Virus record (IMG/VR): IMGVR_UViG_3300050821_009835
Coordinates: 62,001-126,000 of that record
Length of the DNA: 64,000 bases
Strand: one strand, 5' to 3'
Positions within the stretch are counted from its first letter, which is position 1. Each line of letters begins with the position of its first letter. The position numbers were made by a program, and so were the translations under genes. Positions 1 through 8,716 of this stretch are shown here, piece after piece. The notes beneath the pieces are model-generated. The model did not search any database, was not told where the DNA came from, and saw nothing but the letters and a program-made list of their open reading frames with translations.

Positions 1-447
1 CCTCAAGATATCCAACCCGCTGATTTTTGGGAGGGACTTCTCTATCGCTTTCATCCGGATGTTATTCATCGTAAGTTAACGGATGTTTTGCGCTATCGAG
101 ATGGCATTGCTAAACCAGGCCCGTACTTCATCACTTCCATTAGTTCGCAAGGGAAGGAAGTTCAAAAATTGCTACAATTGTCTCCACTATTTTCTTATGA
201 AGAAATTGAAGAGCCTGTTAGTGAAGGAATCAAGCGGCGACTAAGGCGTAGCATGGCTCAAAAAACCATCTTAAACAAAATCACACGCCAACGTAAGAAT
301 TTAGGCAAGCCTCCACTGCCTGCCGAAGATATCTTGGCAGAGATTAAGTCACTCTATCGTGACGGTAAGGGCATCACTATTAAACACCAGATCTGTTTGG
401 TGGGTCCTGTTGCTTATGACTTCGTTGCCGCTAAGGTTGCAGTGTAG
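1..447 (+). CDS. Hypothetical protein, 5'-partial
   Basis: Frame 1 is open from base 1 to TAG at 445-447; the next ATG follows at 449. No motif recognised. Confidence 0.7.
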   Translation, partial: PQDIQPADFWEGLLYRFHPDVIHRKLTDVLRYRDGIAKPGPYFITSISSQGKEVQKLLQLSPLFSYEEIEEPVSEGIKRRLRRSMAQKTILNKITRQRKNLGKPPLPAEDILAEIKSLYRDGKGITIKHQICLVGPVAYDFVAAKVAV

Positions 448-448
448 T

Positions 449-1378
449 ATGGCTCTATTTATTGAGAAACCTGTTGCTTGCGTGTTTGACTGGGATAAGA
501 CATTAAGCCCAACCTATCAACAACGTCCCCTCTTCAAGGAATACGGCGTTGATGAAAAGACGTTTTGGGAGCTAACGCATACTCGCACTCGCGCTCACCA
601 ACATTATACTCAGAATCGCTGCTTCGTTGAGCATGAATATCTAAATACCATCCTCGATTACACCCGACGCGGCGTCTTCAAAGGATTGAATAACGCCAAG
701 TTAGAAGAGCTGGGTAAGACCATAGAGGTCTACCCTGGCGTAGAAGACTTTTTTCGTAAGTTGAAGGAAGAAGGTGCCGAACTTTATGTTGTTAGTGGCG
801 GGATTCGCTCCATGCTCAAGGGCATTCCATTTGTCAAAGAAACTGTAACCGAGATTTACGCAGCTGACTTCGCTGACTATGAATTGGACGATTTGGGAAA
901 GAAGATTCCGAAAGAGACAATTCAGTCTATTGTCGTCTCTGTTATTCCCACTGATAAGACTCGCATCATGAACGAGATTTCTAAAGGCTGCGCCCACGGA
1001 AATTTCGATACCAATGCTACTCTTGTTCAAGAGCGACGTCGCATTCCATTTAAACGCATGATCTACATTGGCGACGGAGTATCAGATATCCATGCATTTG
1101 AAACCGTTCGGCGCGACGGGGGATTTGCTGTTGCTGTGTATAATCCTAATGAACCGCAATTTGATCAAGCAGAAATGCTTCGTAGCAATGGTTGGGTAGA
1201 CCTGATTGCTACTGCCGACTTTCGGCCTGGTGCCAGTGCTCACGATTGGGTGCTTCAAAAGGTTCGTCGTATCCGGGATGGTATCAAGAAAGAAGAAATC
1301 GCGGTTAGAGAAGCTGAATTGGAACAGGTTCGGAAAGTCGCGCCGAAATACATTCACGCCTGGTCTAAAGAAGATTAA
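449..1378 (+). CDS. HAD-superfamily hydrolase/phosphatase
   Basis: Motif I FDWDKT (DxD), motif II VVSGG, motif IV IGDGVSD. Start moved to ATG 449 (MALFIEK). Confidence 0.85.
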   Translation: MALFIEKPVACVFDWDKTLSPTYQQRPLFKEYGVDEKTFWELTHTRTRAHQHYTQNRCFVEHEYLNTILDYTRRGVFKGLNNAKLEELGKTIEVYPGVEDFFRKLKEEGAELYVVSGGIRSMLKGIPFVKETVTEIYAADFADYELDDLGKKIPKETIQSIVVSVIPTDKTRIMNEISKGCAHGNFDTNATLVQERRRIPFKRMIYIGDGVSDIHAFETVRRDGGFAVAVYNPNEPQFDQAEMLRSNGWVDLIATADFRPGASAHDWVLQKVRRIRDGIKKEEIAVREAELEQVRKVAPKYIHAWSKED

Positions 1379-1389
1379 TTGGAGGGAAC

Positions 1390-2193
1390 GTGTCGCTATA
1401 TCGTTTGATTAAAGGATTTGTACCGCCTCAAGATTTGGAAGAGGTTATTGCTGAGACCTTTGTATTCAAGAAGGTATACTACACCCCAGAAAATCTTGAG
1501 CACCATATTGCCTATCTTTCGGACGACAAACCCCACCGCACTTCGCATGCTTACGCCGTCTCCTCTCATGTACCAGGACGTTATTTAAGTGCAGAACTTC
1601 CCTATATCAATTTACGCGATAGAGATGATTGGGAAAAATGGCACTTAACTCAACTTTATCGCAATGTTCGAAACGAAATGGGGCTCTGCGAAGACAATCG
1701 CATGCTCTTCAACGTGCAAGAGTATTACGGCGGGTCCGAACATGTACCAATGCATTGTGACGGTGAACTGTTAGAGTTTGATGTCCGCGAAAACGGGTCC
1801 TTGGATATCAAGCGTAGCATCCGACCGGATCTCGTGGCTGTGCTCACGCTGGTCAACGATACGGAGGCCGGGGGGACTCGCGTGCACCCGGTTGACGCGA
1901 TCGACAACTCTATCGTTATTCGCGCTGAAGCTGGAGACCTTCTGATCTTCGACAACGTGAACGCTTTCCACAGCGTCGACGCCTTGACCGGAACCGTGAA
2001 GCGCGACGATGGACTGCTCCGCATGACCATCGGTTGGCGCTCGTTGGGGGACCGCTGCCACTATATGGAGTACGATCGCGTGACCCCAATCAGTAAGGCA
2101 CAAGCTGAGTTGATGACCGAGAAGTGGTATGTGACCGAATGGCCCAAGCAGTGGGAGAAAATCCAAGCGGCAACGCAGAAAGCAGCATTCTAA
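1390..2193 (+). CDS. 2OG-Fe(II) dioxygenase, AlkB-like
   Basis: HxD (MHCDG), distal His (FHSV) and RMTIGWR with AlkB-type RxxxxxR spacing. SD GGAGG upstream. Confidence 0.8.
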   Translation: MSLYRLIKGFVPPQDLEEVIAETFVFKKVYYTPENLEHHIAYLSDDKPHRTSHAYAVSSHVPGRYLSAELPYINLRDRDDWEKWHLTQLYRNVRNEMGLCEDNRMLFNVQEYYGGSEHVPMHCDGELLEFDVRENGSLDIKRSIRPDLVAVLTLVNDTEAGGTRVHPVDAIDNSIVIRAEAGDLLIFDNVNAFHSVDALTGTVKRDDGLLRMTIGWRSLGDRCHYMEYDRVTPISKAQAELMTEKWYVTEWPKQWEKIQAATQKAAF

Positions 2194-2486
2194 TGAGGAA
2201 GATTACCTTCATCATCGCGCCAACCATCCCGAACTCCGAGCGCGAAGCACTTGAGAAGCACATTCTGGAGGCCGGGAACGATCCTGATTACACCGTCGTG
2301 ACCAACTACGAAGTCAAGGCCGTGGAACTTGGGGAGGATGAATTCCTTCTCGCGGCGGCGGACGGAATTCCTCTTGCTGAGGTCATGCTCCTGCGCAGCA
2401 AATTCGACGCAATCAAAGCGGGCGGCGTCCCTCCCGTCATCGTCGTGAATTACGAGATCGATCCTCTGATCATCGCCAGAGCCTAA
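2193..2486 (+). CDS. Hypothetical protein with internal duplication
   Basis: ATG overlaps upstream TAA (TAATG); two similar halves ending VVTNYEV and VVNYEI. Confidence 0.7.
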   Translation: MRKITFIIAPTIPNSEREALEKHILEAGNDPDYTVVTNYEVKAVELGEDEFLLAAADGIPLAEVMLLRSKFDAIKAGGVPPVIVVNYEIDPLIIARA

Positions 2487-2741
2487 ATGGCAAAGTGGAT
2501 TGAATTCGAATTTGCCCCAACACCTCCCGGTCAAAAGACGCAGCGGTTCCTCGTCAAGACCAAGGATGGCGGCGAAATATTGGGCGAAGTAAAGTGGTTC
2601 GGTCGCTGGCGGAAGTATTGCTTCTTCCCGGCACCCGGTACTATCTTTGAAGAGGATTGCCTAGAAGACATTTCTGGATTCCTCAAACAAGTATCCTTTG
2701 AATACAAGCACAGATCGAAAATGAAAGCAGTAACTGCATGA
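2487..2741 (+). CDS. Hypothetical protein
   Basis: Abuts the upstream stop and overlaps the downstream start (ATGA). Confidence 0.7.
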   Translation: MAKWIEFEFAPTPPGQKTQRFLVKTKDGGEILGEVKWFGRWRKYCFFPAPGTIFEEDCLEDISGFLKQVSFEYKHRSKMKAVTA

Positions 2742-3577
2742 ATTACAATGAACGTGACCTCTGGCGTCAAATCTTTATTGATGTCAAAAAGGACGGTAAG
2801 ATTGTCGCTCCGCGTGATAGAGAGATTATAGAGGTTGAAAACTATCACTACGAGCTTCCGCCGTTTGTTCGTTTCTGCACCCTGGTCCCACGTGATTTGA
2901 AATTCGACTATATCCGCGCTGAAACCAACTGGATGCTCCGGGGCGACCCCTATGATCTCAGTATTGGGCAGGCGAGCAACATCTGGCGTAACATCGTTGT
3001 TGACGGCAAACTGAACAGCAATTACGGATATGCTTGGTACACCAAATTTGGTTTCGATTTTGTCGTTGAGCAATTGATTCAAGACAAGGATTCCAGGCGG
3101 GCTAGTACGGTAATTGTGGAACGGGAGCATCTGGACTTACGCCAGAAAGATGTACCTTGCACTGCTTACATCAACTTCCGCATCCGGGAAGACAAACTGA
3201 ACATGAGCGTTCATATGCGCTCTCAGGATGCAGTTTACGGGATGGGGAATGACGCTCCAGCCTTTAGTTTTCTACAAGAGATGGTATTTGTTCTGCTTCG
3301 TGATAAATATTATCCCGATCTCCAAATGGGGACCTATCATCACACATCTGACAGTTTCCACATCTACACTCGTCATTATGAAATGCTGGATCAACTTGTT
3401 GCAGAGGATGTAGCATTCACGTCCACGCCATTCCCTCGCATCCAAGATTCTCAAGAAGTCGATTATCTGCTTTCCAAGAATATCGGACGGCAAACGCTTA
3501 CGGGTACCCCTCCTCTTATTCAGTCAAATTTTAAGTTTGCTAAGTGGTTGGAAACAGGAGAGATAGGGATTTTGTAA
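2738..3577 (+). CDS. Thymidylate-synthase-fold enzyme, dCMP hydroxymethylase type (T4 gp42-like)
   Basis: Glu62 (AETNW), SRRA, catalytic PC141T and RSQDAVYGMGND. Asp172 sits at R+11, where ThyA has Asn177 and T4 gp42 has Asp179. Confidence 0.8.
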   Translation: MNYNERDLWRQIFIDVKKDGKIVAPRDREIIEVENYHYELPPFVRFCTLVPRDLKFDYIRAETNWMLRGDPYDLSIGQASNIWRNIVVDGKLNSNYGYAWYTKFGFDFVVEQLIQDKDSRRASTVIVEREHLDLRQKDVPCTAYINFRIREDKLNMSVHMRSQDAVYGMGNDAPAFSFLQEMVFVLLRDKYYPDLQMGTYHHTSDSFHIYTRHYEMLDQLVAEDVAFTSTPFPRIQDSQEVDYLLSKNIGRQTLTGTPPLIQSNFKFAKWLETGEIGIL

Positions 3578-3621
3578 GGGTTTTTATTCCTTAAAATACT
3601 ACGACAACGGTATTGTTTCTT

Positions 3622-4092
3622 ATGAGGAAACTACTAGCGGTCGCAGTGTTTACTATCGTGTTTCTTTTAGGAACCATCGTCTCCGCTCAGGAAGTGGACG
3701 TAGGTAATCTTCACAAGCTTGCCTTAGCAATTTCTAAAGCAGAAGGGTTCGGGGTAAAAAACACAATCCCTACCCGCTATCACAATCCTGGTGATATTCG
3801 TACATGCCGTCCAGGTCTTCACTATCCTGGTCAAGTGGGGATCAGCCACCACTGCTATGTTATTTTTTGTAGCGACGCTGCTGGATTTTCTGCTTTGGAA
3901 TCCAACCTGCGTAAGATTGCAACTGGTAAATCTGTTTACTATGCACCAGACATAACCATCAATAAGATGGCGCGACTGTATGCCACTAATTGGCACACCT
4001 GGGCTAAAAACGTGGCCAAGAATCTCGACGTTCCTACCGATACTCGATTAGCGGATTTGTTACTAGTTTTCCCAGTGGATCTCGAAAAATAA
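3622..4092 (+). CDS. Secreted lysozyme-like protein (NNPGNI-type motif)
   Basis: Signal-peptide-like N-terminus MRKLLAVAVFTIVFLLG; AEGF...YHNPGDIR...GFSAL motif set. Confidence 0.55.
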   Translation: MRKLLAVAVFTIVFLLGTIVSAQEVDVGNLHKLALAISKAEGFGVKNTIPTRYHNPGDIRTCRPGLHYPGQVGISHHCYVIFCSDAAGFSALESNLRKIATGKSVYYAPDITINKMARLYATNWHTWAKNVAKNLDVPTDTRLADLLLVFPVDLEK

Positions 4093-4126
4093 TGCCCATT
4101 TTTGCGACATTAGAGTATTGAAACTC

Positions 4127-5143
4127 ATGAGCACAATAACAAAGCCCTTCCGTGTTAGTTACTATAACCCATCCCATGTTGTTGACGGGCGAGCACTTCT
4201 TCTGTCCACTGTTGTGGACGCTACCAATGGCGATGAAGCCAAGAAGATTGTAGAAAGCGGCAATACTGCCAAAGCGGTTAAAGCATACCCGTTCTATCGG
4301 ACCTTGAAGCAACCAACACGTAAAACATGGTATATTGTGTCCGGCCCGGACTCACAAGCAACCAAAGATGTCCTTAAGGATCTTACGGGTCAAATAAGCC
4401 ATGACAAACACGACCAATTGATGGATACCTTCACACCCAAGGAAACCACTGCCAGTTCACTTCAGCCTTTAAAGAGCGGCGTGAGATTTCCAGCTTCGTC
4501 TGTGAAGACCAGTGTCTCCCAAGCCAGTAGTCAGATTCCTGGCACTTACCGTTGGCATGGGTCAAAATATCTTGTCGATGGGCGTTGTACAAAACTGGAT
4601 CCTGACGGGCCACAATTGACTATTCAAGAACCCCAGGCTGTTGCTCAGGCTGATGGATATGCAGATCCAGGTTGCACAGTCCAGCCTTCGGTCAAACCTC
4701 CGATTCCTCTCTTTATTATTCAACAGTCGACGTTTCCGGAAACAGTAAACTTCGCAATCGATACGGCCCTTCGCTTAAATCGATCGGTGACGTTCCATTT
4801 TGAAAATCGTGAATTGATCGCATTTCCGGACGGAACTTACATAACTGTTGGGGATACTAGGTCGTATACTGTCACTCCAGAAGTGCCCTCAGAAAAAGCC
4901 TCTAACGAGCTTCAATCAGAAGAAAAGTGTAAGGATGAGGATTGTTGTCTTTGTTATCCTGAAAATGCAGAGAAAGCTAAAACTATTGAGCAGCCCACTG
5001 TTGATGAATCAGTTCCTTTGAAAAGTTTGTTCTCCACAGAGCCCCCGAAGGCGATTGGTTTTTGGTCGACTTGGGGATTAGCAATCGGCTTCGTTGGAAC
5101 TGTCTTCCTCATCCGATATCTGGTTCATCTACTTTCTCACTAG
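4127..5143 (+). CDS. Hypothetical protein with C-terminal membrane anchor
   Basis: Long ORF; hydrophobic C-terminus WGLAIGFVGTVFLIRYLV. Confidence 0.7.
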   Translation: MSTITKPFRVSYYNPSHVVDGRALLLSTVVDATNGDEAKKIVESGNTAKAVKAYPFYRTLKQPTRKTWYIVSGPDSQATKDVLKDLTGQISHDKHDQLMDTFTPKETTASSLQPLKSGVRFPASSVKTSVSQASSQIPGTYRWHGSKYLVDGRCTKLDPDGPQLTIQEPQAVAQADGYADPGCTVQPSVKPPIPLFIIQQSTFPETVNFAIDTALRLNRSVTFHFENRELIAFPDGTYITVGDTRSYTVTPEVPSEKASNELQSEEKCKDEDCCLCYPENAEKAKTIEQPTVDESVPLKSLFSTEPPKAIGFWSTWGLAIGFVGTVFLIRYLVHLLSH

Positions 5144-5228
5144 ATTAAATTCTCACATTCTGGAAACGGGTTCACGTTACAGTAATAAGCTGAGTCGCTA
5201 AAAAAGTTCTCATTGGAGGGAACGCTCA

Positions 5229-5726
5229 GTGGATAATCTTGTCAAATTCAAGCTCTTACACCCCAGTGCAACACTCCCTAAACGTGGTACAGATGGCTCC
5301 GGCGGGTTCGACTTCTTTGTCCCTGAAGATGGCGAATTAGCGCCCGGTGAAAAGAAACTTATATCCTCCGGGGTTGCTCACGATCTCCCACCTTCGATAT
5401 ATCTTCAGAGTTTGATTCCCGATGAATTCGGCAATTCCAGAAAAACTCATATTGAGGTTCGTATACAAGGTATTCTATTCGATCGCTCAGGGCTAGGATC
5501 AAAGAAGGGCATCCGACTTTCCTTCACAGGCCTAATCGACAACGACTATCGTGGAGAGATCAAGTTAAGTATGGAGAATGTCGGTAAAGAGCCCTTCTCT
5601 TGGAAATCCGGGGAGCGGCTTTGCCAAATTGGCTATGCGCTATTATACGCTGGTGATGCTGTGCATACTGACGCACTTGTAGAAACAGCACGTGGTGCAG
5701 GCGGATTCGGTAGTACAGGGAGATGA
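5229..5726 (+). CDS. dut: Trimeric dUTPase
   Basis: All five motifs: GSGGFD, DRSGLG, GLIDNDYRGEI, RLCQ, RGAGGFGSTG; about 20-aa insertion before motif II. Confidence 0.92.
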   Translation: MDNLVKFKLLHPSATLPKRGTDGSGGFDFFVPEDGELAPGEKKLISSGVAHDLPPSIYLQSLIPDEFGNSRKTHIEVRIQGILFDRSGLGSKKGIRLSFTGLIDNDYRGEIKLSMENVGKEPFSWKSGERLCQIGYALLYAGDAVHTDALVETARGAGGFGSTGR

Positions 5727-5730
5727 CAAA

Positions 5731-6006
5731 ATGACGAGGTTACAAACTTTCATCCGTTGGTTGGATGGGTCATCCCCCAACAAAGATTTAGCACCAGAAA
5801 TAAATAAATCGCAGCGAGTTGCGAAAATCCAACTCACAAAATCACACCTCGAGATGCTTGTGAAAAAGAAGACTATTACTCTCAATTTACCCGACGTTCA
5901 GATCCAACTGACCCTATCTAAAGATAAGTCCCCCTCGTTTGATGATTTCAACCTGGATGATTTTAGTGATCTCAAATACATGTTCAGAGATTTCTTTAAG
6001 CGATGA
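5731..6006 (+). CDS. Hypothetical protein
   Basis: ATG 4 nt after the dut stop; ORF track. Confidence 0.6.
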   Translation: MTRLQTFIRWLDGSSPNKDLAPEINKSQRVAKIQLTKSHLEMLVKKKTITLNLPDVQIQLTLSKDKSPSFDDFNLDDFSDLKYMFRDFFKR

Positions 6007-6038
6007 ACTTCCAAATCCCTTTATAGCGAGGGACTTGC

Positions 6039-6629
6039 ATGCAATTCGTAGACATTCGTCCAGATGATCTGCTAAAATTACGGGATGGTTTGGATATTCT
6101 GGATAGAATCAGAGAAGATCCAGATGAACAGCGCAACATATTTTTATACGGCATTAGCACCGACACAGTGCTGTTAGATGCCGCTCGTGAAGCTGTTGCA
6201 AATGATGCTGATGATCCAGCAATTATGGAGGACAATATCACGTTAGGCGAAATTGCTGTGGCTATCCCTCTATCTGGAGATGTGATTTATGCTTTAACAG
6301 GTTCGGGAATGAAACTGGATCGAAGAGGTGAATTTGCTTATCGTAGTGGAGAAGGTGAAGGCGTCCGAACTCTATCTTTTCAATGGTCGAATGTTAAGCC
6401 TGTGGTGACTCTAAAAGACTTTAGTCAGACGGCTTTGGCAAATGACAGTGTTTGGCTTGATCGTTATCTAGCTCAACGAGGGACAAATGCTACTGTCGCA
6501 GTACAGAAAGAAGTTCAAAGAGCCACCCCGGCAACACCACCGCCCGGTGCAGTTGCACCAGCTGTAGCCCCACAGAAGAAACAAACATCTTTGCACATCA
6601 AGAGTATCGTGGAGGATTGGTTAGGGTGA
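6039..6629 (+). CDS. Hypothetical protein
   Basis: SD-like GAGGG upstream; 196-aa ORF. Confidence 0.7.
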   Translation: MQFVDIRPDDLLKLRDGLDILDRIREDPDEQRNIFLYGISTDTVLLDAAREAVANDADDPAIMEDNITLGEIAVAIPLSGDVIYALTGSGMKLDRRGEFAYRSGEGEGVRTLSFQWSNVKPVVTLKDFSQTALANDSVWLDRYLAQRGTNATVAVQKEVQRATPATPPPGAVAPAVAPQKKQTSLHIKSIVEDWLG

Positions 6630-6970
6630 ATAGCACAACCAAACCTCTCGGGCAACGAATTGCTCCTCCGTTGGATGCACCTCCATGTATTTCTACTAAA
6701 CCAGGTTACATGAAAGTCCGACTCTTCTTTCTAACCTCGGAGCCCAAACATATACGAAGTCAGATGCTTAAAAGCGGTTGTGGTGCCAAACCGCCTTTTA
6801 TTGAAGATGTTTGTATTTTGATGCAACGCATGAAAGTATTTCCAAATCTTGAATATTACAGCAATCCGCTATTCCGGCTTCAACTAGCCGGGGTTGTTTC
6901 CTCCACTGCTAAACTCACGGGGTATACCATCCTCGATGGGGATGATGATACCCTTTCCTATGTTGTCTAG
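6626..6970 (+). CDS. Hypothetical protein
   Basis: GTGA overlap with the upstream stop; GGAGG upstream. Confidence 0.6.
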   Translation: MNSTTKPLGQRIAPPLDAPPCISTKPGYMKVRLFFLTSEPKHIRSQMLKSGCGAKPPFIEDVCILMQRMKVFPNLEYYSNPLFRLQLAGVVSSTAKLTGYTILDGDDDTLSYVV

Positions 6971-7132
6971 CTGATTTTCCTTAGACCCCGTAGACTCTAG
7001 ACATAAGAGGTTACGGCACCTATTGCTTTGACGCAAAAAGCATGTTGTTCGAGAGAACGACAATGACCTCCAATTTTCTATGAATCAGTCTTGTTTGCAC
7101 AAACTAATTAACAGCGGCATGGGAAGAAATAA

Positions 7133-7567
7133 GTGAACACAAAACAAGCTGTTGACGCCCTCCTCGCTCAAGTCACCAAACGATTCCCGCATGATCGATT
7201 TGTCCCTGGTGTCTTAATTGCTCAGCTCCCTGCACACCGCAATGACAAAAATCGTCGTGTAATGGACGGCACTAACAAGAAATACAAAATCCCAGCGGGG
7301 CGGCCCTGCGTCTATGGCTGTATTAAACGATTTCACGGTGCTGCGGAAGAGATTGTCCTATCCTACAAGGGTCACTCGGTTTATCAAGTAGCAATGGGCT
7401 TGAGCAAGGAATTGAAGACATTGAAGCTCAAGGAAGAAGTGGCCTCCGAAGCCAACAACTGGAATCCGGCTGGAACTAGTGCGACCTATTGTAAATTCTG
7501 TGGACGTGATACAAACTTCTGTAAACAATATCCTTGCTGGTCATCAGGACGCCCTCGGCCTAAATGA
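7133..7567 (+). CDS. Hypothetical protein with C-terminal Cys cluster
   Basis: CKFCG...CKQYPC at the C-terminus. Confidence 0.65.
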   Translation: MNTKQAVDALLAQVTKRFPHDRFVPGVLIAQLPAHRNDKNRRVMDGTNKKYKIPAGRPCVYGCIKRFHGAAEEIVLSYKGHSVYQVAMGLSKELKTLKLKEEVASEANNWNPAGTSATYCKFCGRDTNFCKQYPCWSSGRPRPK

Positions 7568-7662
7568 CAAACACACAATTTATCGAAGTACTGCTTTGGT
7601 TGTTTGTGATTGGCAATACTACTATGGTTCTTGGGTTTGTACTTCGAGGCTTCGATGTTTAA
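7564..7662 (+). CDS. Small hydrophobic protein (32 aa)
   Basis: MTNTQFIEVLLWLFVIGNTTMVLGFVLRGFDV; overlaps both neighbours. Read by hand, below the ORF-track cutoff. Confidence 0.45.
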   Translation: MTNTQFIEVLLWLFVIGNTTMVLGFVLRGFDV

Positions 7663-8068
7663 TCTTATTTTGTTGCTATTCCCTACATTACTGATTGCTA
7701 CGACGGCGATGTTCATTTTTCGAGGCAAAATCACCATTCTCGAATTTATTAAAGAAGCGAACCCAAATTTATCGCCAGATCTGGCCAAAAAAGTCATGGA
7801 ACAGGTTGAAACGTTCCACTCTACTTTTAGTGCTTCACAAACTCAAATGATCGCTAAGAAACAGGCATATGGGCGATTTCTTAAGACTAACACTGATTCG
7901 CGTATCTACAATGCACTTGGTGCAGTCTTAGGAGCATCCTATCCTCGTATCCATTGCGGCATCCCCGATGGGTCAACAGACGATTACCAAATCCTGACGT
8001 CAGATAAAACTGAAACAGATTTTGCTAAGCATAAAGCTGATGTGTTGCAAATTCATCCGCTAAAATAA
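7655..8068 (+). CDS. Membrane-anchored protein, LemA-like C-terminal part
   Basis: N-terminal TM segment, then IKEANPN...SQTQMIAKKQAY...YPRI...ILTSDKTETDF, resembling phage LemA-like proteins as recalled. Confidence 0.45.
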   Translation: MFNLILLLFPTLLIATTAMFIFRGKITILEFIKEANPNLSPDLAKKVMEQVETFHSTFSASQTQMIAKKQAYGRFLKTNTDSRIYNALGAVLGASYPRIHCGIPDGSTDDYQILTSDKTETDFAKHKADVLQIHPLK

Positions 8069-8116
8069 TCACAGTCTTATTGGGAAAACACGTATTACAT
8101 ACAAGGAGGAGCTACA

Positions 8117-8704
8117 ATGAAATTATCGGAGCTGGGCAGTAAAATGATTCATGCCGTTTGTGAAGAAACTCCTGACAAAGTGGCGCCAACTCCCTCTTTT
8201 CAACCTTTAGTGGCTACTCTTCAACCTCTGTCTTATCAGTCAACTCCGGTACAACTTGGGACGGGAGTAGAGGCCGATCTTTATGATATGCTCAAAAAGA
8301 ACACCAGTCTTGAGCCATCATCTGCTATTCAGAAAGTCTTAAGCCTACAGTCGTCCCTTGAAAAGATCATCCTTGATCCGACTACTCGACTTAAGGCTGC
8401 TTTTGCTACGGCTGAGGCGCAGGGTATTAAAATGACCGATGTAAGTCACGACCTTGATCGTTTGTCTAGCTTAGTGACAGCAGAGTCAACTAAGTTTCAA
8501 ACAAGCATGCAGCATGAAAAAGAAGGAATTGCCGACGACGAGCAACACGCATCGATGTTAGAACAAGACCTACACAGGCTGCGTTCACAGATTTCAGACA
8601 GAAAGTCAAAATTGGACAGAGCTGAAATTGGATTTTCTTCTGCTTTGTCTCGCCGAACTAACGAAGTAGAACAACTGAAGAGCCAGTTTTCAACAATTCA
8701 ATAG
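8117..8704 (+). CDS. Coiled-coil protein of the ABC/OmpA module
   Basis: SD AGGAGG; heptad-rich C-terminal half. Confidence 0.75.
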   Translation: MKLSELGSKMIHAVCEETPDKVAPTPSFQPLVATLQPLSYQSTPVQLGTGVEADLYDMLKKNTSLEPSSAIQKVLSLQSSLEKIILDPTTRLKAAFATAEAQGIKMTDVSHDLDRLSSLVTAESTKFQTSMQHEKEGIADDEQHASMLEQDLHRLRSQISDRKSKLDRAEIGFSSALSRRTNEVEQLKSQFSTIQ

Positions 8705-8716
8705 GAGGAATTAGAG

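Noticed and set aside
2738-3577. Canonical thymidylate synthase thyA
   Set aside because: Asp rather than Asn at the specificity position and no PFN motif.
7024-7062. c-di-GMP-I riboswitch (GACGCAAA plus GNRA hairpin)
   Set aside because: The elements are in the wrong order and the GGCAAAC segment is absent.
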